From positions 2,914,001 to 2,978,000 of the forward strand of contig JAWMAR010000116.1 in NCBI GenBank assembly GCA_036785375.1: a stretch of 64,000 nucleotides of DNA, given 5' to 3'. Made by a program: the position numbers and the translations under genes. The DNA comes from Leucoraja ocellata. Lineage: Eukaryota. The notes under the pieces are model-generated. The model ran no database searches, was not told where the DNA came from, and saw only the letters and a program-made list of their open reading frames with translations. Shown in pieces: positions 62,138 through 64,000 of this stretch (its first letter is position 1; each line of letters starts with the position of its first letter).

Positions 62138-62648
62138 TGTTAATTCTGGCCAAATTGGAGCTGCCAGGACACTAATATTGAGTAAAGGCTTCTGTGCTCC
62201 TAGGCCACTGGGTCAATTTAAATGTGCCTTTTTTAAATTTAATTGTCCCAAGATTTTCAGGAATTATAGGTTATAGGTTCGACTATGGAAAGGGATGGAA
62301 GAATGGACAACAACACAGATGGAGGGAATTTGCGCCCACGAAAACTCGGGAGATGAAGACGCATCAGACGGAAATTGCAAAGCTATGCCCACGAAAACTC
62401 GGGAAGCTTGATAAGATTCTGAGAGGAAATATCATCATCTTGTTGTTAATAGATGGATAATGTAATAGTCACACATATGTATATCTGGTTATCTGATTAT
62501 CTGATTATTTGGTTATCATAAATGATGGTTTATCATATATGATAAAAGGAAGGAATGTTACTTCTGGCCAAATTGGTGCTGCCAGGACACTAAAATTGAG
62601 TAAAGGCTTTTGTGCTGCTAGGCCATGGGTCAATTTAATGTGCCTTTT
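62138..62648 (+). repeat. Pair of about 93-bp direct repeats (62138-62232, 62556-62648)
   Basis: TGTTA.TTCTGGCCAAATTGG.GCTGCCAGGACACTAA..TGTGCCTTTT present twice. Confidence 0.9.
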
Positions 62649-62941
62649 GCAGAACTGGGACAAGCTGCTGAATGGTACCAGTTTGTCTGTGGCCCAGATA
62701 AGAGTTGCGGGGAAAAAATGGGGCATCTGCAGATTCCTACAATTCCTAAGGTGTAAATTGCATGAAACACATTGGGTGAATGCAAACCAGATATACACAT
62801 TGTAAATATTGTTGCAAACTTTACTTTGCTAGATGTTGATTGGGTTAAGTGTTGAGCCTTGTCTGGGTTTCTTGAATTTCCAGGCACATGTTGCATAATT
62901 CATCTTTGTTAACTTGCATCTAGAAACTTCGTCAGATATAT

Positions 62942-63327
62942 TGTATTAGTCACTGTTTTATTGGGTTAGGGAAATGTCTATCATGTACTGTGTTAATCGA
63001 TATTTGTTATTGGACTGAATAGAGACCACCCCCATATGGTTCGGCCCCTCAAGGTTCAGGGACCTATAAAAGGTACCTCCCATGAGGTCCGATGTCGATC
63101 TTCTGGAAGAACTCTTGGGACTGTGTGACCTTTTGGAGTGTCTCTGCTTGCACGAGGCTAGAAGGGTTTGGCCAAGCAGATACAAGGATCGAACCCGCGG
63201 TTGTTCGTATAGTAGTGGGGAACTGTTATTTGTGTTTTCCAAAATAAAGTTTAGTTGCGTAAGTGCTTGACTCAGTATCTAATTGACTGAAACTAGACTG
63301 GGGGAAGCTTCGAACCAGCTATTTACA
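62942..63327 (+). mobile_element. Probable solo LTR
   Basis: TGT..ACA ends, TATAAAA 63065-63071, AATAAA 63243-63248; no clear TSD. Confidence 0.5.
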
Positions 63328-64000
63328 TTAGCACCGATTCATTTTAAAAACAATGCAATAACTCCAACAGAAGTCACTTCATTCATCACCACACAAAATG
63401 CTACTCATTTATTTTGGCCAATGAACTTCATAAATTACCAAGAATCTGGCGAACATTTTATTTATAACATATATTAAAATTTTGTTTAATAATCATAATC
63501 ATAATCGTACTCATAATCATACTTTATTAGCCATTTAAACAATGTCCCTTTTTTAAAGTATTTTACTGCTGAATATTTTATTGCAATCGGTCAAGAAACT
63601 AAAAACTTAATTACTCCTGTGAGTAGTCTCCAGGCAAGATCTTTGGTGGATAGCCTGTTTTAGTAAATAATGTTTATATAGAATCCCCTTGGAAAAGAAA
63701 CTGTCTCCAGATTGGTGTGGAGCCGCAGAAGTGAAATATAAGTGAAACATGAGCTGATAAAGAAACAGATAGAAACAGGAAATGCATCAGGAACAAGCCA
63801 GAGCTAAAAAAAACAATGATAAAACATAATTTTCAAACCTAGTTGTCAGCCATGCCTTCATGTGGCTCAGCCTTTAACTTTAACGCCATAAACCTCTCCA
63901 CTGTTTTTCCCTTTTCCTTTTAGATTTATGAAAACATATATCTTTGCCAAACCCCTTTCTTAAAGCATTTTTTAAAGGATCGTGATAAATTTTGATTTGC

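Overview
Vertebrate genomic DNA, repeat-dense and intronic or intergenic. It is most likely from a cartilaginous fish (skate or ray), inferred from abundant HE1/V-SINE-type tRNA-SINEs that share 3' ends with CR1 (HER1-like) LINEs. No recognisable host protein-coding gene is present; the only long real ORF is a CR1 reverse-transcriptase fragment (55499-56734). Other elements are about 20 SINEs, many CR1 3' fragments, Rex1/Babar and RTE fragments, a non-autonomous Helitron, three Harbinger-like MITEs, an ISL2EU-like TIR element, a probable solo LTR and two assembly gaps. The most striking signal is roughly 30 short (85-250 bp) pieces of a Penelope-like terminal repeat. Many carry a minimal type-I hammerhead ribozyme motif (CUGAAGA-N-stemII-GAAA-CG-UH), several have their own 11-15 bp target-site duplications, and several are head-to-head palindromes with a ribozyme-like motif on each strand. 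Two candidate micro-exons lie in unique sequence (29216-29247 minus, 23930-23995 plus). All calls were made by eye; boundaries are approximate unless a TSD or terminus is quoted.
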